DNA of 64,000 bases, taken from contig CAXHJY010000746.1 in the NCBI GenBank assembly GCA_964016885.1, forward strand, positions 186,001-250,000, written 5' to 3'. Each line of letters starts with the position of its first letter. The stretch's first letter is position 1. Origin of the DNA: Eledone cirrhosa. Taxonomy: Eukaryota. The position numbers and the translations under genes are program-made. This document shows positions 37,626 to 53,197 of the stretch, piece after piece. The notes below the pieces were generated by a model. That model ran no database searches. It was not told where the DNA came from and saw only the letters and a list, made by a program, of their open reading frames with translations.

Positions 37626-40600
37626 CATTTCTGGACAGGGGTAGAGCCTGAACAAGATGGTTGGATAACATACATGAGTTTGGTTGGTCTCATTTAAATG
37701 CTAAAGGGTTAAAAAAGAGATGTTTTGTTAATTCAGGAGCAAAGCTAAAAATGAAAATCTTTCTGTTTAAGAAAAATATATTTTATATGTTAAGTTTAGA
37801 TTTTAAAATTTAACAAATTTATAAGCATTGCTGTGATATATATGTGTATATATATTTATATATATGTAGATATATGTATTATGCATATATATATTTATAT
37901 TTGTGTATGTATAACAACAAAATCTGACATACATGCAGTTATATGTGTATGTATGTTTAACTATAAGCAGCAGTATGTGATGCATGTATGTATATATATA
38001 TATACACATGTCTATAAACCAAATATAAATGTAACTTTATATACCATTTAGAGAGTGTATATTATTCTATAAACTATTTATAAAATATATATTTATTGTG
38101 TATTGTCTTAATATATACTGTTTGTTGTATCCCTTGAATATATATATGCATGTATGTATATATATATATATGTGCATATGTATAAATGTTTGCATGTATG
38201 TGTATATATTATATATATATATACATATGCTGTATAATTTACACTGGTTTGACAAAAACCACTGAGATGGGTTTGCTATGTCTGTAAATATCTAAATATA
38301 TTTCAATATATATTGACTCTGTAGTTGATGTAAATATAATACAATTATCGAAGACAAAAACATTCGAATTAAAGCTTTTATATTTTATATTTCACCGTCT
38401 GTTGCCATTTATTTTGATTGCCATGTATGTATATGTGTATATATAAGTGTAGATATCTATAATTATATTGTATATATTATATATGTATGCATATATAATA
38501 TTATATACATATATATATATATGTGTGTACATAAATATATTGTATGATATATATATAAATATACATATGTGTATGTATAAAGATGTGTGTGTATAAAGAG
38601 TGTGTGTGTGTAGTAGTGGTGTTTGTTTGATTGAGAAAAATGCGTATTTTTGCTTATTTGCTTTAAATTCTTGGCTAATATATTTTCTTTCTCCTGAAAT
38701 ATAACCACAGGTGGGTGTTTCAGGTAATTTTGGGTGGATTTAATAAAGTACATAACGTTCTGGTGGGGTGGTAGATTGCCAGTAATGAGTAGTGTCGGAC
38801 ATGCTTTTGTGGCATAAAGTTAAGGCCCTTTTCATACCTCTTGTTTTTTTGGGGGGTTTTGTGGTTGCTGGGATACCATACAATACCATAAGGAGAGCAT
38901 GTATGTATGGTCTCGTAACTCCTAAGGGAGTCGTAAGGGTGTCATATTGACTTACAGCGTTTCTTGGGCATTTTTTTAAAACCTGGCGGAGCCCCATTAC
39001 CTCTCCAGGTCTGAATAAAGAAGATTTCTTCCAGAGAAGGATAGAAAGGAAGTGAGAGAGAGATACAGAGGAAGACTCGACCTCAGTGCTTGACTGGTCC
39101 TTTTTTATCAACCTCAGATGATAGAGAGGAAGGAGCGACACCTGTACTTGACTGGTACTTTTTTTTATTAACCTTGAACGGATGAAAGGCTACGTTGACC
39201 TGAAGAAGAGCACAAACCACAGGTATTTAAACTGATAAAGCTGCCCTTCCCGGGACATGGACAGTACCAGTCAACATTATTTACTAATACCAACATTTTA
39301 CAACCAATTGTCTTAGAAATAATGCCACAAGGAGAGCACTAACATCAGTAAATGTCTTCCTTGCGAGGTTTTTAAACTAACAATGCTGCTTTCTCAGGAC
39401 ATAGACAGAACCAGTCAACACTATCTTCTGTATCTTTTCTATCAGGGACGGCTTTCCAGGTATCTGGCCCAAATATTTTTCTGTACCCTTCTTTATTATT
39501 GTTATTATTACTACTACTTTTATTATTATTGTCATTATTGTTATCAACATTACTTTAATTTTTTCACGATTATTTATCATTATCGCTGTAATACCTCTAA
39601 TATCGTCTGTGTGTGTGTGTATATATATATAATGTATGGATATGTGTGTGTTTGTACATATATCTGTGTGTGTGTATATGTATATATACATCATGTATGG
39701 ATATGTGTGTGTTTGTACATATATCTGTGTGTGTTTGTGAATATATATGTGTTCGTATATATGTGTATATATCTGTATACATATGAGTGTATATGTAGAT
39801 ATCTGTGTTTGTGTATATGTATGTATGTGTGAGTAAGAGTATATATACATCTGTATTATGTATGTGTGTGTATATGTGTTCGTGTGTGTATATATGTACT
39901 AGTAAAATGCATTGTTATATACAGTAACATCCATTGTATTGTATAAACTTAAACAAATGTTTGTTATATAAAGTTGTGCATGAAATAATAATTAGCATAT
40001 TATTATTATTATTAGGGTTTTATACAATTTCTTGTCAATACTTATTACCTGGGTTTGGGTGTTGCAGGGAATGTTATGTGCTTGAGCAGTTGTTACCTTC
40101 AATCCCCTGGGGGTAAAGTTTAGGGCTTAGGGTGTGCCCTCAAATGCTCCTCACTCATAAAAAGAAATAAACACCCACACACATATATGTATATATTAAT
40201 ATAAACACGTACACATATATATGTATGTAAACACACACACATATATTCCCATAATTGAGCAAAACATTTCATTTCACGTTGCCCCCGTATACTCAGATGA
40301 AAAAAAAAATGAGTACCAGAAATAGCTGGGGGTTTAACCCTGTGATGGACTAGTGCCCTGTCCCGGGAGAAGTCATGTACTCTCGGTCACTTAACACCAA
40401 GAAAACTGGTGATAAGCGCTGGCCTGGTGAGCCTCTGGGCTTGAGGAAGACTTTAACTTAACATTTTATATATACTTTACATAACCCTGTGATGGGCTGG
40501 TAGCCTGTCCAGGGGAATTCTTTAACTCTGTCCTCTTAACGCCAAAGAAACTGGGATAAGCATTGGACTGATGAACCTCTGGTATCTTGGGACACACTTT

Positions 40601-41727
40601 AGACTTTTCGGTATTCCCATAACCACACACACACACACATATATATATCCTCCTTCACACATAACCACAGAAATACTTATAACGACACGCACATATATAT
40701 ATAAACCTGTCTGACCCCTTAAAATGTATCTCAACCTTTTTTTTTACTTGTAAAATTATTTTATATTTTATATTTATTTATTTTATATTATTTTTCTCTT
40801 CTGTTTATTTATTTTTATTTATTTTCAATATTTTTTAAATGTAAATTTTTGTTTTATTATTGTTGTTTTTATTGTATAAACACACACGTGTATGTATGTA
40901 TATATATATATATATATATATACACGTGTATATACCACCACCACTATCACTACACTCCACCTTCACTATCAACCTCACATCTATACAACACCATCACTAT
41001 ATATATAGAGAGAGATTATTATAAGTACCAGCGATGTTATGGGGTCAATTTAATTACCTTCTACTCCTCTTACTCGCAAAATTGTTGGACTTTAAACCAT
41101 TATAATTATTATTATCGTTGGCAGTAATTGGTAGAGCGTCTGACACCATGCTTTGCTGCATAGTTACACCCCTTTACATTCTGAGTTCAAATCCTGCTGA
41201 GGTTAGCTTTGCCTTTCATCCTTTCAGGGATGGTCGATAAAATAAAGTACCAGCAATGCAGTGGGGGTCGATCTAATCGACTTTTCTTTTGCTCTTGACC
41301 AAAATTGTTGGCCTAGATTTTTTGTCGCATCGCCAGTCTGAAGAGCAGGTCGATGATAGTCGAGTTGGTAACTTCTGTTGGGGGACCCTGAACCAGGACT
41401 CGGGTCCATAACTTTTGTGGGGGACCCTGAGCCAATCCTCAGTCAAACGCGCATAACAGGTCGATACACAAATAAAAATCTACATACATGTAAACGAAAC
41501 TTCATAATTCTTATATATATATATTATATATTATTATACCTCGTTATCTACCTCATGTAATTAATGAAACAAATTATGCAGTAGTTTCTGATGTATTTAA
41601 ATTCTGCTGTACATTTGATTGTGTGTTTAATTTAAAATAATGTTTATTATTTAATTATTTTTGCTTTTATCTCTCTTAATTACTTCTGTAAAACTTATTC
41701 ACCCTCTCGGAGACCTGATAACTTAGT

Positions 41728-41758
<31 letters not shown>

Positions 41759-41934
41759 TATAGACAAATACATATATATATATATATATCGGTTAGATAA
41801 CTTAGTTATGTATATATATATCGGTTAGATAACTTAGTTATGTATATATATATTATATATCTCAGGATTAGATAAGAAAGTGTGTGAAAGTGTGTGTGTG
41901 TATATATATATAGTGGTTAGATAAGTGTGTGTGT

Positions 41935-41975
<41 letters not shown>

Positions 41976-42515
41976 TATATATATTAGACACACGAAGGTA
42001 GGCAGTGTAATTTTATTTCACCTGTGTGACAAATGTAATCACTGGAGGTGTACGTAGTGCAATTAGTAGTCATCATTATCTTTATTAGCATCAATTATCA
42101 TCATCACCACGTACTGAAGCTAGGCTCTTCTGGTGACAATGTCTTCTTCCTAACGCCAACAAACTTTACAGAGTGTACTGGGTATATTTTATCATGACCC
42201 TGTCACTGCCACTTTACAGAGTGTACTGGGTGTATTTTGTCATGACTCTGTCACTGCCATTTTACAGTGTGTACTGAGTCTATTATATTGACACCAGCAC
42301 TACCACTTTATAGAGTGTACTGGGTGTATTTTATCATGCCTTTGACACAACTGAAGGGTCCTCCCAACAGTTTGTTTGGCAGGCTTTCTACAGCAAGATG
42401 CCCTTTCTATCAACAACCACTTTACAGAGTGTACTGGGTGCTTTTTATCTTGGCACCAGCTCTGAAGTTGTTATGCGTTACCATAAATACAACAGGTTTC
42501 TGAATGGGTGTGTAA

Positions 42516-42558
<43 letters not shown>

Positions 42559-43881
42559 AATATATTATGTTAGCTTTTCAGGTATTTAATCTTTGCTGTT
42601 GTGTGTGTATATACAGACATATATATATCTCCATTATATGCTTGTATTTTTTCATTTCCAATGTACCATGCATACATATACATATATATTTTTATTATTA
42701 TTATTATATTTGACTGTTTGTAACTTTAAATGAAACATGTACAGCAATGAATTATGTTATGTTCATTTTTTAAATCCAAAAATGACCCCCCACCTCTAAA
42801 AAATATCATTTTATGTATTTTTTCACCAACAATGTACACCACCGAGGCATCGGTGTTTTACGAATGTAGAACTAATGTAAAAGGATGAGGTCCTTAAGGG
42901 CAGAGAGGCTGTAAATAACTTATAAAATAGGCTGAAGAACTTTAAATGGCGGAAAAAGTTGCCATTGGCCCCTATGATGAATTGAACCCTATATCTCCCA
43001 GATACCGAGGGAATAGTCTATAATATACCCTTAACCTTTTCATGACTGCATTTCTAATGAAATACACTGTATTTTAATTAATTAATGAACTTTTTTAGGG
43101 ATTTACTAAAATTATTATTTCATTACTAAGATAGTAACTTAAGTAGGGCTCTTATATAAAACTGTGTTGAAAGATTTTAATTTAAATTGGCAACCTTTAG
43201 AATTGTGGTTTTATTTCATAGAACCAGATCTGGTTTTAGCCAGCTTGGTGCCTAAACGGTTAGATAGGAACCCTTTAAAATGGGTGGGTTTGTTTCATAG
43301 AATAAGAGCAGGTTTTAGCCAGGTTTGTGTTTAAAGGGTTAAATAGGATTCATAGAACCAGAGCTGGTTTTAGGGCACCAGGTTGATAACAAAAGGGGTT
43401 AAACCATTAATCTAAGGAACTATGACAGGTATTTCCTGTCTTTTAAGTAGATAACTGGTTCCTTTGTGTTTGGACCTGGTGTATATTACTGGACAGACAG
43501 ACAGGAAGACATCTTGGGGGGCAATGGCAACTTCTCTTTCCGTCTTTTAAGGGTCTTCACTCTATTTTATGAGATATTTTTAGCATCTCCCTGATCATGA
43601 GCACCAAATCCTTTACATGAAATATTTTTGTTTCAAATTATTATTATAACCTGTGTGTACCATATATATATATACATACATACATACATATATATATATA
43701 TTAATGATATATTGTGTGTGTATATATGTATATATATGTAGTTTTTTTTTTCAAATATTTATACCTTTATATATATTTTTCTCTTGCTGTGGTTGTATTG
43801 TATACAATAACTTCTTTCCATTTCTTCTAGGTAAAATAAATCTCTTCTACCCTGTATCTACCCTGCATCTACCCATCTACT

Positions 43882-43913
<32 letters not shown>

Positions 43914-44511
43914 CACTACTACTACTACTACTTTATAGTTGGGTGTTGTAGTCTAAATGTGCGTAAAAATCGCAGAAAAAAAAGCTACACAAAAAAATAT
44001 ATAAAATATATATATATGTGTGTGTATATATATGTGTATGTATATGTATGTATGTATATATATTTATATATATGTGTGTATATATATATATATATGTGTG
44101 TATATATATATATATATATCTGTGTATATATATATCTGTGTATATATATATATGTGTGTATATATATATGTGTGTATATATATATATATACATATGTGTG
44201 TGAAAAAAATGCCTTTAGAAGCCCAAAAATGTTACAGTCATTGTAAAGTGAAAAAAAAAAAAAACCTTTTAGGTTCTGTGTCTGTCTCGGTCATGTGTTG
44301 TGGTGTGGTGAGGTGTAGTGTGGTGTGGTGGTGTGTATTATTGCCTGTTAAGGACATTACTGGCACGCACACACACTTATACACATACACACAAGCATTG
44401 ACACACACACACACACATACTTATACACATACACACAAGCATTGACATACACTCATACATGTACACACACTCTTTACTTAACCACAGCACCAACACCACA
44501 ACACAACAACC

Positions 44512-44542
<31 letters not shown>

Positions 44543-45491
44543 AGGACATCACAACAACAACAACAACAAGAAAAAAAAGAAGAGGAAACAGAAGAAAAAC
44601 TCAACTCAAGAATCCAGGAAGGATTTTTTTCTGAAGAAGGAAAGAAAGCCGTCACCGTGGCAACGGAAAGAACCGTCGCCACCACCGCCCCCACCTCCAC
44701 CACACCATCACTATCATCATCATCATCATCATCACCATAGTTGTTGTTGCTTCTGTTTCCATTAGCAACCCCCCTCCCCCTCCCCCTCCAAAGTCTTGTT
44801 CTGTCTCTGTCTGATGCGACCCCCCCCCAGCCCCACTCTCTCCTCCAAGACCAAGGCCTCCGCCACCTCCATACATTCCTTCCCTACCCCTTTCTCATCA
44901 GGCCCCATCACCACCACCACCACCATCATCACACTTCTCATCTCTCTCCTCCCCACCTACGCCACCCCACACACCCCTCCACCTCTACATAACAGCCCCA
45001 CCCCCCACCCTCCCCCGCACCTCTGCTTACTGTAATACAATCACCACCACCACCACCATCATCTTCATCATCATCACCTCTTTGTCTATATACTGTCTAG
45101 TGATGGTGGTGGTGGTGGTGTTGGTGATCCACCACCACCACCACCACCATCTGTCTCTACACTGTCTACAGTGATGATGATGATGGTGGTGGTATAGGCA
45201 GTGGTGTCAGTGGTGGTGTTCTTCATTAGCCAGGATATACCTCCAATCAATGCACCAATACCATCGTTAATCAATTAATTAAAGATGGGATGTGAATTAA
45301 TTAAACTAATTATTTGCTTTAACGAACTTTCAATATTTTTCTTGGTGTTTTTCCATATTTTTTTTTTTAAGTTTTTGGAAAATTAAACAAAAAAAAAACA
45401 TTAAAAAAAAAAAATATTTTAAAAAAATGAATTGTTTTTTTTTTTTTTTCTTTTGTTTTTGTGAAATCGGTGAAAAAAAATTTCTTTTGTG

Positions 45492-45528
<37 letters not shown>

Positions 45529-46102
45529 GTATATGTGTATGTGTGTATATATATATATATATATACACACACAAACACATAAATATATTCGTTCATTTTT
45601 CAACTGTATGTATGTATATAAATATGTATATATATAGATACATACACATGTATATAGATATGCATGTATATATATATACACATACACATGTATATAGATA
45701 TGTATGTATATAAATATATATATATATAGAGAGATACATACACATGTATATAGATATGTATGTGTATATATATATATATATATACACATACACGTATATA
45801 GATATGTATGTATATAAATATATACATACATACACATGTATATAGATATGTATGTGTATATATATATGTGTGTGTATATTTATATATAAAGCACCACCCC
45901 ACCCTTCATATTTGCTTTGTTTTTTTCATAATTTTTCGTTTAATTTTTTCCATTAATCCATTGTCCCTGGCCCTCTTCCTTCTCCATGGCAACCATATAG
46001 ACACCAGCAACAACAACATTACTATCTCATCCTCTTTTCCATCTCCACCTCCATAACTTTACTAGAGAACCAACAGTATCCCCTCCCTATCAAGACATAT
46101 AC

Positions 46103-46152
<50 letters not shown>

Positions 46153-46363
46153 TATATATAGACATATATACACTTCTCCTTGCCACCACTTATATATTGA
46201 GGCACACAAAAACATATATACAGAACTACGCATATATATATATATATATACATATATACATACAATGACAGTTTCATATATATGTGTGTGGGTATATATG
46301 TATATATACACATATATATATATACATACAATGACAGTTTCATATATGTGTGTGTATATATGA

Positions 46364-46403
<40 letters not shown>

Positions 46404-46947
46404 CAGCCTCAATATATACACAGTCATATACACCCTGTCATCCCTATATATACCCCAGAGAGTATATAGTGTGAAAAATAAAGGTTTAAAAAAAAATTCA
46501 GAAAAATGAAAGTTAAAAAAAAAGCCCAAAAAACAATAAATTCCTCTGTGTTTTGTTAGTTTTTTTTATGTGTATATATATATATATGTATATATGTGTG
46601 TGTGTGTATATATATTTACTCTTTTACCTGTTTCAGCCATCCGGCTGAGGCCATATATATATTTTCTTAATTTTTGTTTTGTTTGTATAGACAGTGTGTG
46701 ATGACACATATATCTGTTTATATATATATAAATGTGCTTGTTTGTTTGTTTGTATGTATGTATGTATGTATGTATGTGTGTGTGTATATATATATAGGTG
46801 TGTATTTGTATATATATATATATATATATATATATGACTGTGTGTGTGTGTGTGTATGTTTATCATTCTATGTACTGTGCAGGTACCTTTGATGAGTTGT
46901 AGTGGACCTGAGAGCACTGTACACAATCATTTTCATTATATTATATA

Positions 46948-46978
<31 letters not shown>

Positions 46979-47659
46979 GTGTGTGTGTGTGTGTATATAT
47001 ACACGTTTGTGATGCTTGTGCTTATGTATCAAGCGATATATATATATATATATGTGTATATACACCCATATATCATCATTTAATATCCTGTTTCTCTGCT
47101 GGTGAGGATTGGACAGATCTCCAGATTGGATCGACTAATCAGTAGAGCATCGGACATGCTTTGTGGCTTAAACTGCCAAGGTTAGCTTTGCCTCTCATCC
47201 TTACATCATCATCATCATCATTTCATTTTAAGTCCGCTTTTCCCTGCTTGCAAGGGTGGGACGGGAACTGATTCTGGCTTGATTTCTACAGCTGGATGTC
47301 CTTCCTAACACCAACCTCATTTACAGTGAGTGCTGGGTGCTTTTTTGCCGTGGCACCTCCACGACCACTTTGCAGTGGAATGATAGGGACCCCAGTCCCT
47401 ATCATCTCATTTCTACAGCTGAGTAAACTGGAGCAATGTGAAATAAAGTACCAGTAATATGCTGGGGTCTATTCAATCGACTTTCCCCTCATCCCCCATT
47501 ATTATCATTATTGTTGTAATTACTAAGTAGGTTGGTGATGGCCAATTCTGGATTTCAAGATTTTCAGTTTGAATCTCCCTGAGGTAAACTTTTTGACTTT
47601 ATTCCTTTGTTTATAATTGTTTGTATATCTTTCTTTCTCTCTACCTCTCTCTCCAACAC

Positions 47660-47900
47660 ACACCACACCACACCACCACACCACACCACACCACACCACA
47701 CCACACCACACCACACCACACCACACCACACCACACCACACCACACCACACCACACCACACCACACCACACCACACCACACCACACCACACCACACCACA
47801 CCACACCACACCACACCACACCACACCACACCACACCACACCACACCACACCACACCACACCACACCACACCACACCACACCACACCACACCACACCACA
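47660..47900. repeat. (CCACA)n pentanucleotide microsatellite
   Basis: About 48 nearly perfect units. Confidence 0.97.
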
Positions 47901-47977
47901 CGCGCGCGCATCACTCTTTCTCCAACATATATACAAACACATGCATACATACAGATTCTCAAACTCACAGACACAAG

Positions 47978-48320
47978 TCTCTCCCCCCAACACACACACA
48001 GATCCTCAAACACATGCATACACACTACATATTCGCTGTATTATACACATGCGTCTCTCTCTCTCTCTCCCCAACACGTACACACAGATCCTCAAACACA
48101 TGCATACACACTACATATTCGCTGTATTATACACCTGCGTCTCTCTCTCTCTCCCCAACACGTACACACAGATCCTCAAACACATGCATACACACTACAT
48201 ATTCGCTGTATTATACACCTGCGTCTCTCTCTCTCTCCCCAACACGTACACACAGATCCTCAAACACATGCATACACTCTACATATTCACAGTATTATAC
48301 ACATGCGTCTCTCTCTCTCT
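47978..48320. repeat. About 86-bp tandem repeat x4
   Basis: CACAGATCCTCAAACACATGCATACAC units. Confidence 0.9.
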
Positions 48321-48490
48321 GGATCGAACCTTCAAAGAAACCCGTGGCAGATCAAAGGAAGACATTGAACGAAGTTCTCAGCAGAAGCTTTAAAAGATGC
48401 AAGAATCGAAGAAGAAAAGTTAAAACTATGGAGCGACCTCTTTGAAAGTCTTGGGAAGATATTTAAGATTAATATTAATCCAATATTATG

Positions 48491-49302
48491 GTATGGCTCC
48501 GTAACTCCCTCATGAGGGGTTGTATTGACGTACAGTGTTTCTTGGTGTGGCTCCGTAACTCCCTCATGGGGGGGTTGTATTGACGTACAGTGTTTCTTGG
48601 TGTGGCTCCGTAACTCCCTCATGGGGGGGTTGTATTGACGTACAGTGTTTCTTGGTGTGGCTCCGTAACTCCCTCATGGGGGGTTGTATTGACGTACAGT
48701 GTTTCTTGGTGTGGCTCCATAACTCCCTCAGGAGGGGTTGTATTGACGTACAGTGTTTCTTGGTGTGGCTCCGTAACTCCCTCATGGGGGGTTGTATTGA
48801 CGTACAGTGTTTCTTGGTGTGGCTCCGTAACTCCCTCATGGGGGGTTGTATTGATGTACAGTGTTTCTTGGTGTGGCTCCGTAACTCCCTCATGGGGGGT
48901 TGTATTGACGTACAGTGTTTCTTGGTGTGGCTCCGTAACTCCCTCATGGGGGGTTGTATTGACGTACAGTGTTTCTTGGTGTGGCTCCATAACTCCCTCA
49001 GGAGGGGTTGTATTGATGTACAGTGTTTCTTGGTGTGGCTCCGTAACTCCCTCATGGGGGGTTGTATTGACGTACAGTGTTTCTTGGTGTGGCTCCGTAA
49101 CTCACTCATGGGGGGTTGTATTGACGTACAGTCTTTCTTGGTGTGGCTCCGTAACTCCCTCATGGGAGGTTGTATTGACGTACAGTGTTTCTTGGTGTGG
49201 CTCCGTAACTCCCTGATGAGGGGTTGTATTGACGTACAGTGTTTCTTGGTGTGGCTCCGTAACTCCCTCATGAGGGGTTGTATTGACGTACAGTGTTTCT
49301 TG
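48491..49302. repeat. 54-bp minisatellite, about 15 copies
   Basis: GTGTGGCTCCGTAACTCCCTCATGGGGGGTTGTATTGACGTACAGTGTTTCTTG; monomeric relative near 38905-39010. Confidence 0.95.
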
Positions 49303-49751
49303 GGGCATTTTCTTATGCCCTGGCAGAGCCCGTCTCTTTAGGTTTGAATACAGCAGATTTATATAGAGGAAGAATCGACCAAGTATTTGACTGGTACTTT
49401 TTTTTTTTATCAACCATGGATGATGGAGAGGAAGAATCGACCCCAAAATGAATAAATTACTGGCTGACAAAACCTTTCAATGATGTTGCTCCAGCTGGCC
49501 TGTTACACACGCAGAACATGTTGCTATGACAACACTATAACTGTCCAGATGAAGATATATATATATATATAAATAGGTGGATTGCATAATTAGTTAAACC
49601 AATAATTAACTCTATTCCTGCACTAACCACAGGATTCCGCATCAATGATGATCAAGTTGCATAACGTAGAGTTCTTTTCCTACTATTACATCATGGTTAA
49701 CTATACGGAATGACCAGTTCTATGCAGTGGTGAATACTAAACATGAATGTG

Positions 49752-49788
<37 letters not shown>

Positions 49789-50686
49789 CCTGGCTTCAAT
49801 TGGGGGTAACCACAATAAGTAAGGTACTCAATACATTAGTAGAGTGTAAACATCTTGTTTAATATAGAAATGGCTTCTACAGGACTAGAACTGTTTCATT
49901 AATTTCTTTAGAAGGAAACACTTCTAGTCCTGTAGGAGTCATTTCTATATTAAACATGAGATAGATATATACTTATGTATGTATATATATATATACTTAT
50001 GTGTAAAATATTTTGTAGAGTTGAAGAGTTATGTCCCTTACATTCTATGGCTGGTTGATTATGCAGACGTGTGTATATACACGCACTAGTGTCCCCTAAA
50101 ATTGTATACTTACTTCAACAGCATTCTAATAAATATTGCCTGTACAGGTAATCAACATATGTATACATTTTTTTGGTACACCCTGAATATATATGGGTGT
50201 GTAAATGAATGTCCATATACTACATGTATATATTTTTGTGGGACACCCTGTATATATACACGTGTTGACACTGACACTAGATAAGTGGGGTGAAGGGTAT
50301 AGAGTGTTTTGTTTACGAATTAGGGCAATCAAGGGTCATATATATTTATACACTCGTGCCTACATTATATATATGTGTGTGTATATATATATATATATAT
50401 ACAGAAGGGGAGAGAGCGACATATACACGTGTAGTCTAAATATATCTAGGAGTAATCTTTAAGAGAGGGTCCAGCAATTGTTCCCTAGATAAGTGATAGG
50501 GGCCATGAAGTGGTGCTGGCTCATTTGTTTAATTTTAGATTTTTTATCAAATTGTCTGATAATGACATGATCGGATGTGGTATTGATCTCTGGTACTGAG
50601 GAGACCAAGATACTCTCATGGAATGACCAAAGAGGGTTTATTTTTCAACATATATATATATATATATATATAAACATACACACATA

Positions 50687-50740
<54 letters not shown>

Positions 50741-51013
50741 TATACATTGATCACCAGTCATCCATAAAGTTATCATGCACAATATTGTTTTTTGTGTCAG
50801 TTAAGTCTTATTCTACCTGGGTATATATACAGGTAGGCGGGGTAGCTATATATATATAGGGAGAGAGGTAGATACGTCTGTGGGGTAGATATATAGAGAG
50901 GGGTAGGTAGATATATATAGATAGGGTATATATATTCATAAATGAAGATATATATATATATATATATATATATAGGCAGGTAGGTCTGTGGGATAGATGT
51001 AGATCTATATATG

Positions 51014-51046
<33 letters not shown>

Positions 51047-51388
51047 GCAGGTAGATATGTATGCAGGCAAGTCTGCGGGGTACATACAGGTATATATATA
51101 GAGATAGGGTATATATATATATATAGGTAGAGGTATACATATGGCCAGACATAGGTGGGATCAATATTACAACATAGTGGTCATTATATATATATATATA
51201 CATATATTAGATATGTGTGTGTATATATATATATACATATACGAGGGGGGGGGGGGGTAGATAGATTAAACAACAATAACAAGAAGATCAAACTACACCT
51301 GTGATAGTTTGTTTACCTGAAATTAAGTCTACCACTTGACTGAATTTCACCATTTTGATGTCATCTGGTGAAATCACAGGTCAAATGC

Positions 51389-51428
<40 letters not shown>

Positions 51429-51929
51429 TGTGTGTGTATATATATATATCTACACACTATATATGTATATATACACTATATATATGCATATATATATATA
51501 CATATATGTATGTATATAGACACTATATATGTGTATATGTATATATACACTATATATGTGTATATATATACATACATATATCTATGTGTATATATATATA
51601 CATTTATGTATATATATATATACTGTATATATATCCACTGTATATATATATATATACATTTATGTATATATATATATATACACTATATATGTATATATAT
51701 ATATACACTATATATGTATATATATATATATACACACCTCTAAACATGCCATCACACATGATTACACAACCAATGTATACACCTGTCCTAATTATCAAAA
51801 TACCTGTCCGTGTCGTCAATCGGGTTTTGATGATTGTTAACTTGTCCTCACTTTAATATCTATTCTGTGTTATTGCATGGGGTATTGAGGTTATATATGT
51901 GTGTGTATATACACACACGCATATACATA

Positions 51930-51971
<42 letters not shown>

Positions 51972-53022
51972 CATATGTATATGTGTATATATATATATAT
52001 ATGTACATGTGTATATATATATATACATATGTACATGTGTATATATATATGTACATGTGTATATATATATATATATACATATGTACATGTGTATATATAT
52101 ATGTACATGTGTATATATATATATATATACATATGTACATGTGTATATATATATATATATATATACATATGTATATGTGTATATATATACATATGTACAT
52201 GTGTATATATATATATATATACATATGTACATGTATATATATATATATATATACACATATGTATATATATATATACGTATGTATGTATGTATATATATAT
52301 ACAGTTTCAGTGTGTATATTAAATTGAAGTCAGTCAACCGCGACACACATTTCAAACCTTGTCTCTTTTTCTTCTTTGTCTCTGGAACAAAGAAATGTTT
52401 TCTACACCACAATAATGCGCAGGCACCAATGCCGGCTGGGGGTGGGTTTGTGGTCTTTCTCCTCGTGTCATTCAAATAGAATGCTTTATAGTGTTTCTTA
52501 AGTTCAAATCCTGCCAACATCAACTTTGCCTTTCATCCATTCAAGGTCGAAAGGAACAGTACCAGTCACATACTGGGGTCGATTCTTCCTCCATATCTCT
52601 TTCTCACTTCATCTCTTATCATTTGAGGTCGGAAGGAAAAGTACCAGTAAAATACTGGAGTCGATTCTCACTTCCATCCTCTGTCTTAAGGCTCATTGAG
52701 CCAGTGCTTATCTTGGTTTCATGGCATGAACTGGCTGAGAGGACAAGCCTCCCTCCTGGACAGGACACCAGTCCACCACAGGGTTAAACTCCCCAGCTAT
52801 TGCTGGTGGTTCTCATTTGCAGCTGAGTATACTGGAGCAGCATGAAATGTTGCTCAAGAACACAACACACAACCCAGTCCAGGCATCAAACCCACAACAT
52901 TACAATCCTAAGTCCAACACCCTTACCACTAGGTCACCACAACAGAGTGTATTTAATTAGAAATACACTAATGAAGGTCTATGACCTTAATCTTATTCAT
53001 TATTACTAATAATGGCCGTGGA

Positions 53023-53197
53023 TTGGCAGTATCGGTGGAGGGTCGGACGCCATGCTTTCCAGCATAGTTACGTCCCTTTACGATCTGAGTTCAAATCCCG
53101 CCGAGGTTGACTTTGCCTTTCATCCTTACGGGGTCGATAAAATAAAGTACCAGTAATGAACTGGTGATTGCTGGCCTTGTGCCTAAAGTAGAAACAA
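53023..53197 (+). mobile_element. Nin-type SINE (further copies near 27840-28114, 32735, 41118, 58296, 59381-59670, 63522)
   Basis: A-box, B-box, core and tail. Confidence 0.85.

Noticed and set aside
44442-45035. Poly-His/poly-Gln transcription-factor exon
   Set aside because: Trinucleotide low-complexity sequence, short ORFs in all frames, no convincing splice sites or domain
47523-48445. His/Thr/Pro- or WCGVV-repeat ORFs
   Set aside because: (CCACA)n microsatellite plus 86-bp repeat
48491-49302. CRISPR-like array or repetitive protein
   Set aside because: Units are contiguous with no unique spacers, no cas genes, eukaryotic context; ORFs on both strands are repeat artefacts
52320-52480. 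Coding exon on the - strand
   Set aside because: No splice sites or recognisable motif; the ORF is flanked by SINE and microsatellite; at most a regulatory islet
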